A stretch of 64,000 nucleotides of DNA from an uncultured Dehalococcoidaceae bacterium (GCA_964503235.1 CAZCZJ010000002.1:144-64143); one strand, 5' to 3'; numbered from the stretch's first letter, positions 9,335 to 19,878 are shown. Translations and numbers: made by a program. The notes: generated from the sequence alone by a model not told the origin.

Positions 9335-10831
9335 TTATTTAATAATTGTAATTTTAAAGGGATTAAACGTTTGGATTTCTTCTAATGTTTCTTCCTCCCC
9401 GGTCTCATCAAGAATCGGATTCTCCTCGTCCAGTTCGGTAATGGAGACCTCTGTAAATAATCCCTTATTTTCCAGTTCGGATACATAATCGACAACTGTA
9501 AAGACATTATCGGCTTCACCTTCTATGATGATTATCTCTTTATCTATTTCCACCGATGTTAGATATAGCTGCTCCGGGAGCTCCCCGGTAACTGCTTGAA
9601 AATTTTCGGTGAAAGCTCCCCGGGGGCTTAAAATATCTCCTTGTACTTCTTGAATTGTATCAAGACGAACGGTCAGTTCCTGAGTAGTGTTCTCCGTTAT
9701 CTCTGCTTCGGCGGCAATGAGACTGGACAGGTTGAGTTCACGGCTGACTCTCTGTAATCTGGACTCCAGATATAAATTGTTATCACTTAGCTTTTCTTTG
9801 ATCTGGTAAAGCGGATATAGAAAGATGATAGCAACTGCCAGAAATACTCCCAGGAGAATGATTTTTAAGGGTGTTTGAGGTTTTTTCGGTTTCCTTAATT
9901 TGGCTGAAAGGATGTTTATATTCGTATCATGGTAGTGTACGGCTTCTTCTTTATCCGGCTTTTTTTTCGGTAATTTCTTCAGAGCCAGTCCCATGTTTAC
10001 CGCATACGAAGCCACGGGAATATCGGACGGAAAATCAAGTGCAGGCACGAGAGGTTCGACCGTATATTCGGTCATAGACTGCAGGAGATCCTGCGTAGCG
10101 GTATCCCCGGCCAATTCGCCGGTAAGGAGCAGGGGAATATCATCGGGTAGCCGGTTATGCGGATTGCTGCTCTGATAGAAAGTAACGGTCTTGGTGAGTT
10201 CATCTGCCAGCCGTCGGATATTATCTTCGAGAGTGGCTCCTTCACCCCGGGGACTGATGGTATGAACGATTGTAAGAAGTCCGTCGGCGATAATGATGAT
10301 ATCGTAACACTCGGGCTCAAGACTGGCGATAATGCCGTTGGCGCGATTAGCGACTCTGGCTAGCGCCAGCGGTTGAATATCCATGACATATGGTTCCACA
10401 CCCGCGGCTTCCAGTGTCTGGACCAGAGCGTCTATCAGATATCGGGATATACCAAGGACGAAGTAAGTTTGCTCATCCTCCTCACCGGGAAGGGCCTGCC
10501 AGGAAAGATACAGGTCCTCCAGGGGCAGGGATATTTCTCTCTTGAAACCCCTCAGGATAGCTTCTTCCAGTATATCCTGCTTCAGCCGCGGGAGGTTTAA
10601 AAATCGGTAAGTAAAAGCTAGACCGGAGATACTGACGATGACTTTTTCCCTGGGCACTTTGATTGATTTAAACAGGTCTCTGATTGTTTTTCCCACGATA
10701 TCCGGTTGTGTAATCAGACCGTCACGGACGAGGCCAGACGCCAGGGTAGCGTTTCCCCATTTATAGACACGCTTTCCTTTTACAGAAAGGACTCTGATAC
10801 TGTTGTTGCTGATGCTTAAGCTAGTATACAT
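9335..10831 (-). CDS. pilM: Type IV pilus assembly protein, PilM (actin-like ATPase fold) fused to a PilN-like TM and periplasmic segment
   Basis: 498 aa. The N-terminal roughly 320 aa are PilM-like. A single TM follows (LKIILLGVFLAVAIIFLYPLY), then a coiled-coil and a PilN-like tail. It sits next to PilO in the pilus operon. Confidence 0.75.
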   Translation of the reverse strand: MYTSLSISNNSIRVLSVKGKRVYKWGNATLASGLVRDGLITQPDIVGKTIRDLFKSIKVPREKVIVSISGLAFTYRFLNLPRLKQDILEEAILRGFKREISLPLEDLYLSWQALPGEEDEQTYFVLGISRYLIDALVQTLEAAGVEPYVMDIQPLALARVANRANGIIASLEPECYDIIIIADGLLTIVHTISPRGEGATLEDNIRRLADELTKTVTFYQSSNPHNRLPDDIPLLLTGELAGDTATQDLLQSMTEYTVEPLVPALDFPSDIPVASYAVNMGLALKKLPKKKPDKEEAVHYHDTNINILSAKLRKPKKPQTPLKIILLGVFLAVAIIFLYPLYQIKEKLSDNNLYLESRLQRVSRELNLSSLIAAEAEITENTTQELTVRLDTIQEVQGDILSPRGAFTENFQAVTGELPEQLYLTSVEIDKEIIIIEGEADNVFTVVDYVSELENKGLFTEVSITELDEENPILDETGEEETLEEIQTFNPFKITIIK

Positions 10832-10852
10832 AAGTTTACAGGTTTTCTTCTC

Positions 10853-11425
10853 CTATTCATCCTTTGGCGCTTGAGCGTAGATAGCTATGTCCAGGTCACC
10901 CATTATCCGTGCCGAGCCCTCGGCAAGACTCTCCTGAAAAGATGTATCATCTTCTTTATTAACCGTTAAATATTCGATAATCATTGTTTGTGTTTCTCCG
11001 TTTTCTAACAGATTTAGAAAATCGGAGAATTGTGCCGATGTACCCGAAACGGTCAGATTTAGCCGGAACACAGAAACATCATAGTCATTAAAGGTCTCGA
11101 TATCCCAGGATCTCGTTGCCAGCGGTATAGCTTTTATCCCGATGTCTTCTGCGGTTTTCAGGATGGTATTGATTATCGCGGTGGTATTGGGTTCAGCGGG
11201 GAAGGTGCTTGATGCTGCATCCAGTTCAGCCTGAACCTCCTCCAGCCGCTGCTGCAGGTCGGGGTAAGATGGTGGTATCTCCGCCAGCGACAGCATGGTC
11301 TCGGTAATATCTGCCGATAACGCGTTATTCTGCCGTCTCTCCTTCAAGTAACCCGTTCCGAGCCAGTAATAAGCTACGAGAAGGGCGGCGATAACTAATA
11401 TCAATACTATTTTTCTTGACTTCAC
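10853..11425 (-). CDS. PilO-like type IV pilus biogenesis protein
   Basis: 190 aa with an N-terminal TM (IVLILVIAALLVAYYWL), a coiled-coil and a ferredoxin-like C-terminal part. Operon context supports the call. Confidence 0.65.
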   Translation of the reverse strand: MKSRKIVLILVIAALLVAYYWLGTGYLKERRQNNALSADITETMLSLAEIPPSYPDLQQRLEEVQAELDAASSTFPAEPNTTAIINTILKTAEDIGIKAIPLATRSWDIETFNDYDVSVFRLNLTVSGTSAQFSDFLNLLENGETQTMIIEYLTVNKEDDTSFQESLAEGSARIMGDLDIAIYAQAPKDE

Positions 11426-11502
11426 GGCAGTATCTCTCTCCCGGCGAAATTCATTTGGATAATGGATGACCGGTATATATCAATCATTATTCCTCTCATA
11501 GC

Positions 11503-13026
11503 TTATTCTACCTGCCACAGGACGATGGAAGCCGTCTCGTTGTCGGTATTCACGTAGGCGGAAATCGTTCTGGAACCGGTGGTGGCTACAATCTCGTAGG
11601 CAGCCGAAGTCCCTTCGCTTAGATTTATCTCGATGGTCTTTACAAAGCCGTCGGTTCCCGGACCGCAATAAGCTATGGCAAATATACCGCCGAAAATGTG
11701 GATAATATCAGGAACAATACCATTACTGGTATCATATTCCAGGGTGTCAATCACGCCGCTGGTAATATTCCCGCTGTTGGCTATCTCTACGGTGATAACG
11801 AAGCCGTCATTCCCGTTGCCCCGGTAAGCAATCGCGTAGATATCCCCGGTAACATGAATAATTACCGGCTCTCTTCCGTTACTTCCATCGAATTCCAGCA
11901 TATCGATAACACTATTGGAGATATCGCCGTTGGAGGCTATCTGTACCGTTTTCAGGAAGCCGCCATTTCCATTACCCTCGTAGGCGATGGCATAGACATC
12001 ACCTGAGACGTTTATAATATTCGGGTAATAGCAGTTATTGGTACCAAACACCAGGCTGTCGATGATTTTGTTGGTTATCTTGCCTTTTTCGTTTATTTCT
12101 ACGGTGGTGATAAATCCATCACCACCGCTACCCCGGTAGGCAATAGCGTAGATATCACCGGAAATATGAAAAATATCAGGATAATAACCGTCGGAGGTAT
12201 CGTATTCCAGGCTGTCCGTGGTTTTCTTAGCAATATCACCCTTGGATGTTATTTCCACGGTAATTACATAGCCATCGGCGTTGTTACCGCGGTAGGCAAT
12301 GGCATACATATCACCGGAGATATGAATCATATCTGGCTCTCTCCCATTTTGTGTGTCGAATTCCAGCGTATCTATGGCACTATTACCTATATTGCCATCG
12401 GGGGCTATGGCCACTGTCTTTATAAAGCCGTCATTACCGGGACCCTGGTAAGCGACGGCAAAAATTCCGTCTGATATCCGGATGATATCCGGAAAATAGC
12501 AGTTATCGGTGTCGAATTCCAGGCTGTCCAGCACTTTGTTTGTTATGTCACCGTCAATAGCTATCTCTACCGTCTTTAAAAATCCGTCATTCCCGTTGCC
12601 GCGGTAGGCGATTGCGTAGGTATTACCGGATACATTGATAATATCCGGCGTCTGGCCGTATACGGTATCGAATTCGAGACTATCCAGTACCTCGTCTGCA
12701 ATTTCGCCGATGGTACCGCCGTCACCGGTAACGTTGGCGGTAACCGTAATCGTTGTTGTCAGGTTGTTCACCATCTCGCTGAGCTTGTAGGTGATTTCGT
12801 CACCGGTTTCGGGTATCTTTTCCGCGAGGTCGCTCCAGATTAAGCCCCAGATAGCATGTTCCACACCGGCATCACAGCTGCCCTGGTGCAGGATGGTTTC
12901 GCCATAAACACGGGAGCCGATAAGGCTGCTGCCCGCGTGACCGAGAAACGGCGTTATTATCAGAGTACCGAAAGCCAGAGCCATCATGGCGAGGGGTAAA
13001 GCCTGTCCCTTTTCATTTTTCATCAT
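11503..13026 (-). CDS. Pilin-like (PilX/GspK-class N-terminus) protein carrying seven 52-aa repeats, a putative 7-bladed beta-propeller
   Basis: The N-terminus EKGQALPLAMMALAFGTLIITPFLG is a hydrophobic pilin-type segment without Glu5. It is followed by 7 tandem repeats of consensus xDxLEFDTxxGxxPDIIxISGDxYAIAYRGxGxDGFxxTVEIxxxGxIxxxx. Its 4-nt start/stop overlap with the upstream minor pilin gene indicates translational coupling. Confidence 0.7.
   Translation of the reverse strand: MMKNEKGQALPLAMMALAFGTLIITPFLGHAGSSLIGSRVYGETILHQGSCDAGVEHAIWGLIWSDLAEKIPETGDEITYKLSEMVNNLTTTITVTANVTGDGGTIGEIADEVLDSLEFDTVYGQTPDIINVSGNTYAIAYRGNGNDGFLKTVEIAIDGDITNKVLDSLEFDTDNCYFPDIIRISDGIFAVAYQGPGNDGFIKTVAIAPDGNIGNSAIDTLEFDTQNGREPDMIHISGDMYAIAYRGNNADGYVITVEITSKGDIAKKTTDSLEYDTSDGYYPDIFHISGDIYAIAYRGSGGDGFITTVEINEKGKITNKIIDSLVFGTNNCYYPNIINVSGDVYAIAYEGNGNGGFLKTVQIASNGDISNSVIDMLEFDGSNGREPVIIHVTGDIYAIAYRGNGNDGFVITVEIANSGNITSGVIDTLEYDTSNGIVPDIIHIFGGIFAIAYCGPGTDGFVKTIEINLSEGTSAAYEIVATTGSRTISAYVNTDNETASIVLWQVE
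11596..12687 (-). repeat. Coding tandem repeat, 7 units of 156 bp (52 aa)
   Basis: I aligned the repeats by eye from the translation (residues 114-477). The units are diverged at the DNA level, at roughly 50 percent amino-acid identity. Confidence 0.85.
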
Positions 13027-13475
13027 GTACCCTCTGCACTCGGTCTCAGATACACCTTGTAGATTCCGTTTTCGCTGATGTTGTCCCGTCCTTCCGGGGA
13101 AGAGGTCAGCGACATGGTGATAACGCGACCGCTAACGGTAAATGTAACTTCGGATATATTTTTTGCTAAAACCATCTGACTGCCGCTCACGGTTCGTTCT
13201 AGTTTGGTATCGGTCATATCGTAAGTAACCGTCGAATTATCCGTCAGGGTCAGCACCAGACTGCCTCCACCCGTTGCCGACTTCGCCTTCTGGCCATCAA
13301 GTTCAAACCAGTACGCCGCGTTCTGTAGCTCGTGCGTAGCTATGAGCTTATCATTGCCGTACTCGGTAATGCTGAGCATCTGGTAGATGCTTGTTCCCAG
13401 AAAGCTGACAATAAGTCCGGTAATAGCTGTTGCCATTACCAGGTCTACCATGGTGAAACCACGTTCGCTCTTCAT
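13023..13475 (-). CDS. Minor pilin / pseudopilin with a prepilin N-terminal cleavage-methylation motif
   Basis: MKSERG|FTMVDLVMATAITGLIV is the classical G/F-x-x-x-(E/D) class III signal. Confidence 0.8.
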   Translation of the reverse strand: MKSERGFTMVDLVMATAITGLIVSFLGTSIYQMLSITEYGNDKLIATHELQNAAYWFELDGQKAKSATGGGSLVLTLTDNSTVTYDMTDTKLERTVSGSQMVLAKNISEVTFTVSGRVITMSLTSSPEGRDNISENGIYKVYLRPSAEGT

Positions 13476-13864
13476 TATCTATTTACCTTATAATCGGAAA
13501 CGGTCAATAGAATTTGGCTGTCTCTGGAGACGGTAACCGTTATCTTCTGTATGTTGGCGTCGGTACCCGATACGGCGCTGACGGCTACCGCCAGAGTGTA
13601 ATTCTCCGGTACGGCTATAGTCGGATAACTTCCGGCACCCGGAATGTAGGTATAGCTTTTGGTATATTCCAGCTGAGAACGTGCCAGGCTCTGTATTACC
13701 GTCTCCTCATCCTGGGCTCCTACGGCAATCGACCCCGCCGAAAGGGCGGCGATAAAAGTAACTACAGCGGTCCCGAGAATAGCTACTGCCACCAGCGTTT
13801 CCGCTAGCCCCAGGCCTTTCTGTTGTTGAATCTTACATATTATGTATCGCCTAATGTAACGCAT
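13475..13864 (-). CDS. Minor pilin / pseudopilin
   Basis: ...QQKG|LGLAETLVAVAILGTAVV has Glu at +5 and a hydrophobic helix. It overlaps the next gene by 1 nt. Confidence 0.7.
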   Translation of the reverse strand: MRYIRRYIICKIQQQKGLGLAETLVAVAILGTAVVTFIAALSAGSIAVGAQDEETVIQSLARSQLEYTKSYTYIPGAGSYPTIAVPENYTLAVAVSAVSGTDANIQKITVTVSRDSQILLTVSDYKVNR

Positions 13865-13885
13865 GTCTTTTACCCGATATAGCCA

Positions 13886-15133
13886 CTAACCCATATGTCT
13901 TAATATGGAATACAGCGGTGTTATTATGGAAAGGGCGACCCCAATTATTATCAGACCGATGATTAAGGTTAATAGCGGTTCAATCATCGATGTCAGTATA
14001 CTGATCCGGCATTCGACACGCTGTTCGTAGTAATTGGCCAGCGTATCGAGAGTAGAGTCCATCGTGCCGGTCTTTTCACCCACCATTGCCATCTCACCGA
14101 CAAGGGGCGGAAAAATTTTTACCTCGGACAACGGCTGTGACAGTCCTTCTCCCTGGACCAGTTTTTCTTTAACATCGTACAGCGACTGGCGTATAATCGG
14201 ATTTTTATTGGTTTGAGCGGCGATATCCATTACCTGCGTAATATGCAGTCCTGCTTTTAATAGCATCGAGGCTGTCTGGCAGAAGTGCTGTACGCCGCGC
14301 TCGATGATTATCCCGCCGATGAGCGGTATTTTTAACATCGCCCCGTCCTTGGCGAGTTTTATTGATGGCACTCTTAAAAGGCCGATCACCAGGAGAATAA
14401 AAATAACTACTCCTGCAATCAGAAACATACCGTTATCCAGAACGAAACCGGAAACAGCCAGGAGCGTTTGTGTTGTCCACGGCAGTTCCACATCGAAAGA
14501 AGCGAATAATTCCACCAGTGGCGGTAAGGCTACCGTAATAAGCATGATTATCACGCCGACTGCCATCAGCAGGACAAAGGCGGGGTAAAACATGGCACGC
14601 TTTATTTTACTGGCGGTGGCTGCCTGCTTGGCCATGTATCCGGAGGCTTGTCTTAACCCGAGTTCCAGGCTGCCCGCCTGTTCACTGGCTCTGATTACCT
14701 GAATGTAAGTATTGGGGAAGACATCCGAATGATGGCTTAACGCCTGGGAGAAAGAGGAGCCTACTTGGATTTTATCTATCAAACTCGTTATCGTCTCTTT
14801 AAGAGACGCTTTGGAAGCCTGCCCTTTCAGTAATTGCAGAGCCGTCATTATGGCTATGCCGGACTCGACAAGGGTGGCCAGTTGATTGGAAAAATCGATT
14901 ATATCCCGGGTTTTTACACCGAAAAGTGTAGGTATTGAGCCTTTGATACTGGTACCGGGCGGTATTTCTTTGAGACTGATAATACGCTGGTATCCGGCAT
15001 GGTACAGGGCACCTTCGGCCAGGCTCTCCGAAGAGACTTCGATCGTACCCCGAACAACCTTTTTATCCATTGTATAGGCTTGATATTTATATGCCATCGG
15101 TTTACTCGTTTCGGTTTCAATACCATTTTTCAA
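13886..15133 (-). CDS. pilC: Type IV pilus platform protein PilC (GspF family)
   Basis: 415 aa with two T2SSF repeats and three TM blocks. It overlaps pilB by 4 nt. Confidence 0.9.
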   Translation of the reverse strand: MKNGIETETSKPMAYKYQAYTMDKKVVRGTIEVSSESLAEGALYHAGYQRIISLKEIPPGTSIKGSIPTLFGVKTRDIIDFSNQLATLVESGIAIMTALQLLKGQASKASLKETITSLIDKIQVGSSFSQALSHHSDVFPNTYIQVIRASEQAGSLELGLRQASGYMAKQAATASKIKRAMFYPAFVLLMAVGVIIMLITVALPPLVELFASFDVELPWTTQTLLAVSGFVLDNGMFLIAGVVIFILLVIGLLRVPSIKLAKDGAMLKIPLIGGIIIERGVQHFCQTASMLLKAGLHITQVMDIAAQTNKNPIIRQSLYDVKEKLVQGEGLSQPLSEVKIFPPLVGEMAMVGEKTGTMDSTLDTLANYYEQRVECRISILTSMIEPLLTLIIGLIIIGVALSIITPLYSILRHMG

Positions 15134-16878
15134 CTAATGGAAAATACATTACGCACGACTTCGCTTATCGATGTAATACCCTCTTTCACTTTGAGCATTC
15201 CGTCTTTATTCATCGTTGTCATTCCTTCGGATATTGCCTGCTCCCTGATTTCACTGGTGCTCTTTTTTTCCCGTAACATCTTTCTAATGCTCTCGCTCAT
15301 CACCAGAAATTCGAATATCCCGGTACGGCCGCGATAGCCGGTATTGGCGCAGAGGTTGCATCCGTTTCCGGTATAAAACGTGATGTTTTCCTCCTGGATT
15401 TCTTTCTCAAAAGCCTGCATCTCGCCCTCGGGTGGCTGGTACGGTGTGCGGCAGTTGGTGCAGAGGCGACGGACCATTCGTTGCGCGGCGATGGCGATAA
15501 GCGTTGAGGATATCGAAGCCGCGTCAACACCCAGGTCCATCAGACGGGACAGCACGCCGACACTGTCGTTGGCGTGGATTGAAGATAGCACCAGATGACC
15601 GGTAAGCGCCGACTGGATGGCGGTGGTTACCGTGTCGGCATCACGGATTTCTCCTACCAGGATAATGTCGGGGTCGTGGCGCATGATAGACCGCAGGCCG
15701 CTGGCGAAGGTAATTCCCGCCTTTTTATTCACCTGCGTCTGGTTAATATCCATAAAGTTATATTCAATGGGGTCTTCGATTGTCATGATATTACGCTCGT
15801 TCCGGTCCAGTTCGTTTATGGAAGCGTAAAGGGTGGTGGTCTTGCCGGAGCCGGTAGGGCCGCTTACCAGTATCATGCCGATGGGGCTTCTCAGCATTGT
15901 TTTAAATTTGTTAAGAACATCGGGGTAAAAACCAAGCTCCGTCAGGGTAAAAAGGGACAGCGATTTATCCAGAATTCTTAACGTGACCCTCTCCCCGTAA
16001 GGAGTTTCCATAGTGGCTACGCGTATATCGACTTCATTATCACCGATTTTAATCGAGAATTGACCGTCCTGGGGTCGTCTTTGCTCGGAGATGTCCATCT
16101 CGGCCAGGATTTTTATCCGCGATACCAGGGGCATATGGATACCGAGAGGAAATGAATACGCGTCATGAAGGATGCCGTCTATCCGGTAACGAATCCTGAG
16201 TCTGTCTTCCTGCGGCTCGATATGAACATCCGAGGTCCTGTCCTTGACTGCCTGAGCAACCAGCAGGTCAAGAGTCTCGGCAATCGGAGTCCTGGTGGTA
16301 AGTATCGGGGCATCCACCCTTTGTTCTTCCTGCGTCGGCGCCAGTTTGCTCATCTGTTGCTCGATAGCGCCACTCGACCGGTAGTTAATGTTTATGGCGC
16401 GTTCGATATCCGAGCGCACGCCAAGGGATACCTCTACCCTCATCTTTGCTTGAGCTTTCACGTCCTCGATAGTGCGGATATCTTCCGGGTCAGCCATGAC
16501 CACCATCAACGAATCGTTGACGATATCCAGGGGTATCAGGATATGTTTCCTGGCCATATCCTCGGGGATAAGTTTAAGCGCCTTGGGTTGTATGGTATGT
16601 CTCTTAAGGTCGATTAACGGTAAATTCAGTTGAATGCTCAGCATGATAGCCAGTGTTTCTGCATTTACCAGCCCTTCTTTTACCAGAATATCGCTGAGTT
16701 TGCCCCCCTGTTCCTGTTGTATCGTCAGGGATTTCTCCAGCTGCTTCGGGGTGATAAGCTTCTCCTCAACCAGCATTTCACCCAGGCTTTTCTTGCCCGG
16801 CTTTTCCGCAGCCGGGGACTCCTGGTTCTCCTTGTTTGACTTTTCCGCCGTCGGGGACTCTCGGTTTTCCTTATCCAC
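15130..16878 (-). CDS. pilB: Type IV pilus assembly ATPase PilB (GspE family) with a T2SSE_N/MshEN-like N-domain
   Basis: Walker A GPTGSGKTTT, Asp/His boxes, and a C-terminal tetracysteine (CTNC...CNLC). The N-terminus is LGEMLVEEKLITPKQLEKSLTIQ. Confidence 0.9.
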   Translation of the reverse strand: MDKENRESPTAEKSNKENQESPAAEKPGKKSLGEMLVEEKLITPKQLEKSLTIQQEQGGKLSDILVKEGLVNAETLAIMLSIQLNLPLIDLKRHTIQPKALKLIPEDMARKHILIPLDIVNDSLMVVMADPEDIRTIEDVKAQAKMRVEVSLGVRSDIERAININYRSSGAIEQQMSKLAPTQEEQRVDAPILTTRTPIAETLDLLVAQAVKDRTSDVHIEPQEDRLRIRYRIDGILHDAYSFPLGIHMPLVSRIKILAEMDISEQRRPQDGQFSIKIGDNEVDIRVATMETPYGERVTLRILDKSLSLFTLTELGFYPDVLNKFKTMLRSPIGMILVSGPTGSGKTTTLYASINELDRNERNIMTIEDPIEYNFMDINQTQVNKKAGITFASGLRSIMRHDPDIILVGEIRDADTVTTAIQSALTGHLVLSSIHANDSVGVLSRLMDLGVDAASISSTLIAIAAQRMVRRLCTNCRTPYQPPEGEMQAFEKEIQEENITFYTGNGCNLCANTGYRGRTGIFEFLVMSESIRKMLREKKSTSEIREQAISEGMTTMNKDGMLKVKEGITSISEVVRNVFSIS

Positions 16879-17278
16879 TCGTTTTCTCCTGGCCTGTGGT
16901 TGCCTGTTCCTTCTTCGCTAACAGGGCTTCTACATGACTCACAATATCGGCAGGAGCGGCCGGTTTGGTGAGATAATCATCCGCACCTACCAGAAGTCCG
17001 GTATTTCTATCCATATCTTGAGCTTTAGCCGAGAACATCATTATAGGCAATTTTGCCGTATCGGGTTCTGACCGCAACCGGTGGCAAATCTCAAAACCAT
17101 CCAGGCCCGGCAGCATAACGTCAAGGATAATGAGGTCCGGTGCTTCGGTTAGAGCTTTCCGTATACCGTCCAGTCCGTTTGAGGCGCTGAGTACCTGGTA
17201 CCCCTCGTGCCTGAGCGAGTATTCAACCAGCCTGGACGTGGCTGGATCATCCTCAATTATTAATATCTTTTTTACCAT
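16871..17278 (-). CDS. Single-domain response regulator (CheY-like)
   Basis: ILIIEDD...[14 protein letters not shown]...ADDYLTKP. It overlaps the pilB start by 8 nt and the upstream kinase end by 26 nt. Confidence 0.85.
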   Translation of the reverse strand: MVKKILIIEDDPATSRLVEYSLRHEGYQVLSASNGLDGIRKALTEAPDLIILDVMLPGLDGFEICHRLRSEPDTAKLPIMMFSAKAQDMDRNTGLLVGADDYLTKPAAPADIVSHVEALLAKKEQATTGQEKTSG

Positions 17279-19844
17279 TACCGTTTCCTCCTTTGCCGTT
17301 TAAAGGCAGGGTAAAACTGAAGGTGCTGCCTTCACCTAATTTGCTCTCTGCCCAGATACGCCCGCCGTGAGCCTCGATAATCTGCTTGCTGATAAACAGT
17401 CCCAGTCCTGTGCCGCCTCTGGCTAGCTTATCTTCCGCCCGGTAAAACCTTTCGAAGAGGTGTGACATGGCCTTTTTATCAATACCGATTCCCCCGTCTT
17501 TAACCTGAAACAGTAGCTCCCCATTGCGGGTCTCCAATTTAGCCGTCACACTGCCTCCAGGATCGCTGAATTTGATAGCGTTGCTCATCAGATTCACGAT
17601 TACCTGACGGAGACGCTCGGCATCGACTTCTACTTCCGGGAGTATCTCGGGTATGTCTTCATCGAGTGAAACATCTTTGTCCCGGGCAAGACTGTGGAAT
17701 ATCTTTATAGAGTCGATAAACGTATCACGTAGCGGTAGGAGTCGCTTATTTATCTGGAACCGGCCCGACTCCAGGCGTGACATGTCCAGCAGGCTGTTAA
17801 TCAGGATTCCCAGCTGCTGGCTCTCCCGGTCGATTATCTGCAGGAATTCCTCCTGTGTTTCAGCATCCGGCACTTTCCCTTCGAGGATTAATTTAGCAAA
17901 ACCGCCGATTGACTGCAGCGGCGTACGGAGTTCGTGAGAAACGTTGGAGAGAAATTCGGACTTCATCTTGTCTATCTGCCGCAGCTTTTCTTCAGCCTCT
18001 TTACGTTCGGTGATGTCTCTGATAATACCTGTAATCAGGTAATTTTCTTCAACTTTTCTTTTTGACAGGGAAATTTCAACAGGTACTACCGTTCCGTTTT
18101 TCCTGAGTAACCCCGTCTCTGTTATCCGGTTTGAGTCCCCATTTCCATTAATTTTAAATAGCTTAGTAAGCGTATCCTCGGCTTTTTTCTTGTTCTTCTC
18201 GGGAGTAAGCATTACCACCGGTTTCCCCAGTATTTCTTTCTCTTTATAGCCGAGAATCTTCTCTGCCCCCTGATTCCAGATAATTATCCTCATGTTCTGG
18301 TCCATGGAAATAATTCCGTCTATTGATGTATTAATCAGTTCACGGTATTTTTCCTCACTCCGTTTCAGGGCTTCCTCAGCCAGCTTACGCTGGGTGATGG
18401 CTGTTGCCAGTATCACCCATCCGTACCGTTTATCGTTTCCTCCGATGGTCTGGATGCTCACGTCAACCCATACTTCACCGTGCTTGGTCCGGTGCAGTTG
18501 CTCTTCATGGAGATAACCGTTACTATCAAGGTTGTTGAACCTTTCTTGGTTTTCACCGGGGTACTTCTCAACTATCTCAATCACGTTCTGGAGTTTCTTG
18601 CCGATTGCCTGCGATGCTTTAACACCGTAAATCTGTTCGCTGATTTCATTCCAATGTGTAATGGCATAATTCGTGTCCGTGGCAATAACGCTCTCGTGGA
18701 TGGACTTAAAAGCGGCGTCCGAGAAGCGTAGAGCCTCTTCCGTCTCTTTACGCTCGGTAATATCAATTGTTATGGATATGATGCATTCTTCATTGCCGAT
18801 GTTTATTTGTTCGGCTGAAAATAACCACAGGCGTGTTTTGCCGGACTTCATACGGAACTCATATTCCTCCTGACAGACTTTCCCGTATTCTTTAAGAAGT
18901 TTAATCATGCGGAGCCTATCATCTTTATTTGCCCATATTTTCAATTCATCAGCACGACGTCCGATAACCTCTTTTCGCGTATAGCCGGTGGTTTCGGTAA
19001 AACTATCGTTAACTTCAACGAATGTGCCGTCTTTCACGGCGGTGATGACAATCATATCGGGACTGGAACGAAAGGCTTTAGAGAACTTTTCCTCTGATTC
19101 CCTGAGCGCCTTTTCAGTCTGCCGACGTTCCGTAATATCGCGTAATGATGCCAGGTAGGCGGGTGTGCCTTCCCAGTCTATGCCGACAACTCGCATCTCG
19201 GCTATGGTCTTTTCGCCATGCGGGTGTTTGATATCAATCTCTGATGTCTTGCCACCCTCAACCGGATATTTAAACGGGGTGTTAAGAAGGGCTTTCTTCT
19301 GGCATTTGAAAAGCGATTCTGCGGCTGGATTGATAAAAAGAATCTGCTTATCCTTACTGACAACGATAATAGCATCGGCGTTTTTATCCAGTATTTTTAA
19401 AAGGTTGGCCTGGATTTTGGATATTTCTTCAGTATGCTGCTCCAGTTCCCTCTGCAGCCGGAACCGTTCGATGGCGTAGAAAAGGGAACGCTCCATCTGC
19501 GTGCCATCCATCTGCCCCTTAACCAAGTAATCCTGCGCGCCCAGCTGGACCGCCTTGATAGCTACATTCTCATCATCGTACCCGCTCAATACAACCAAAG
19601 GTATATCCGGAGCCATCTGGAGCACCTGGGTCACCGTGTCCAGTCCGTGGCTATCGGGCAGGCCAAGGTCAGACAGAATCAAATCGTGTGAATTTGCTGA
19701 CAGTTTCTTCAGTCCGTCCTGAAGACATTTTGCCGGTGTAACCGTAAAATGTACGTTGACGGATTTAGCCAGTTTTCTCTGTAACAATTCCGCGTCGTCC
19801 TGGTTATCTTCGATTAATAAGACTTTTATATCTCTTTCTTCCAT
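17253..19844 (-). CDS. Hybrid sensor kinase with an N-terminal receiver, about 4 PAS domains, HisKA and HATPase_c
   Basis: Receiver [10 protein letters not shown]...[14 protein letters not shown] units, H-box SHELRTPL, and DGGIGI / GTGLGL. Confidence 0.9.
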   Translation of the reverse strand: MEERDIKVLLIEDNQDDAELLQRKLAKSVNVHFTVTPAKCLQDGLKKLSANSHDLILSDLGLPDSHGLDTVTQVLQMAPDIPLVVLSGYDDENVAIKAVQLGAQDYLVKGQMDGTQMERSLFYAIERFRLQRELEQHTEEISKIQANLLKILDKNADAIIVVSKDKQILFINPAAESLFKCQKKALLNTPFKYPVEGGKTSEIDIKHPHGEKTIAEMRVVGIDWEGTPAYLASLRDITERRQTEKALRESEEKFSKAFRSSPDMIVITAVKDGTFVEVNDSFTETTGYTRKEVIGRRADELKIWANKDDRLRMIKLLKEYGKVCQEEYEFRMKSGKTRLWLFSAEQINIGNEECIISITIDITERKETEEALRFSDAAFKSIHESVIATDTNYAITHWNEISEQIYGVKASQAIGKKLQNVIEIVEKYPGENQERFNNLDSNGYLHEEQLHRTKHGEVWVDVSIQTIGGNDKRYGWVILATAITQRKLAEEALKRSEEKYRELINTSIDGIISMDQNMRIIIWNQGAEKILGYKEKEILGKPVVMLTPEKNKKKAEDTLTKLFKINGNGDSNRITETGLLRKNGTVVPVEISLSKRKVEENYLITGIIRDITERKEAEEKLRQIDKMKSEFLSNVSHELRTPLQSIGGFAKLILEGKVPDAETQEEFLQIIDRESQQLGILINSLLDMSRLESGRFQINKRLLPLRDTFIDSIKIFHSLARDKDVSLDEDIPEILPEVEVDAERLRQVIVNLMSNAIKFSDPGGSVTAKLETRNGELLFQVKDGGIGIDKKAMSHLFERFYRAEDKLARGGTGLGLFISKQIIEAHGGRIWAESKLGEGSTFSFTLPLNGKGGNGNGKKDINN

Positions 19845-19878
19845 TTTATATTACCCGGATAAAACTATATCGCCGTTA

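Noticed and set aside
11596-12687. Regular 156-bp periodicity that might suggest a CRISPR-like or satellite array
   Set aside because: The repeats lie fully inside one long ORF and are conserved at the protein level rather than the DNA level. There are no unique spacers. This is a coding repeat.
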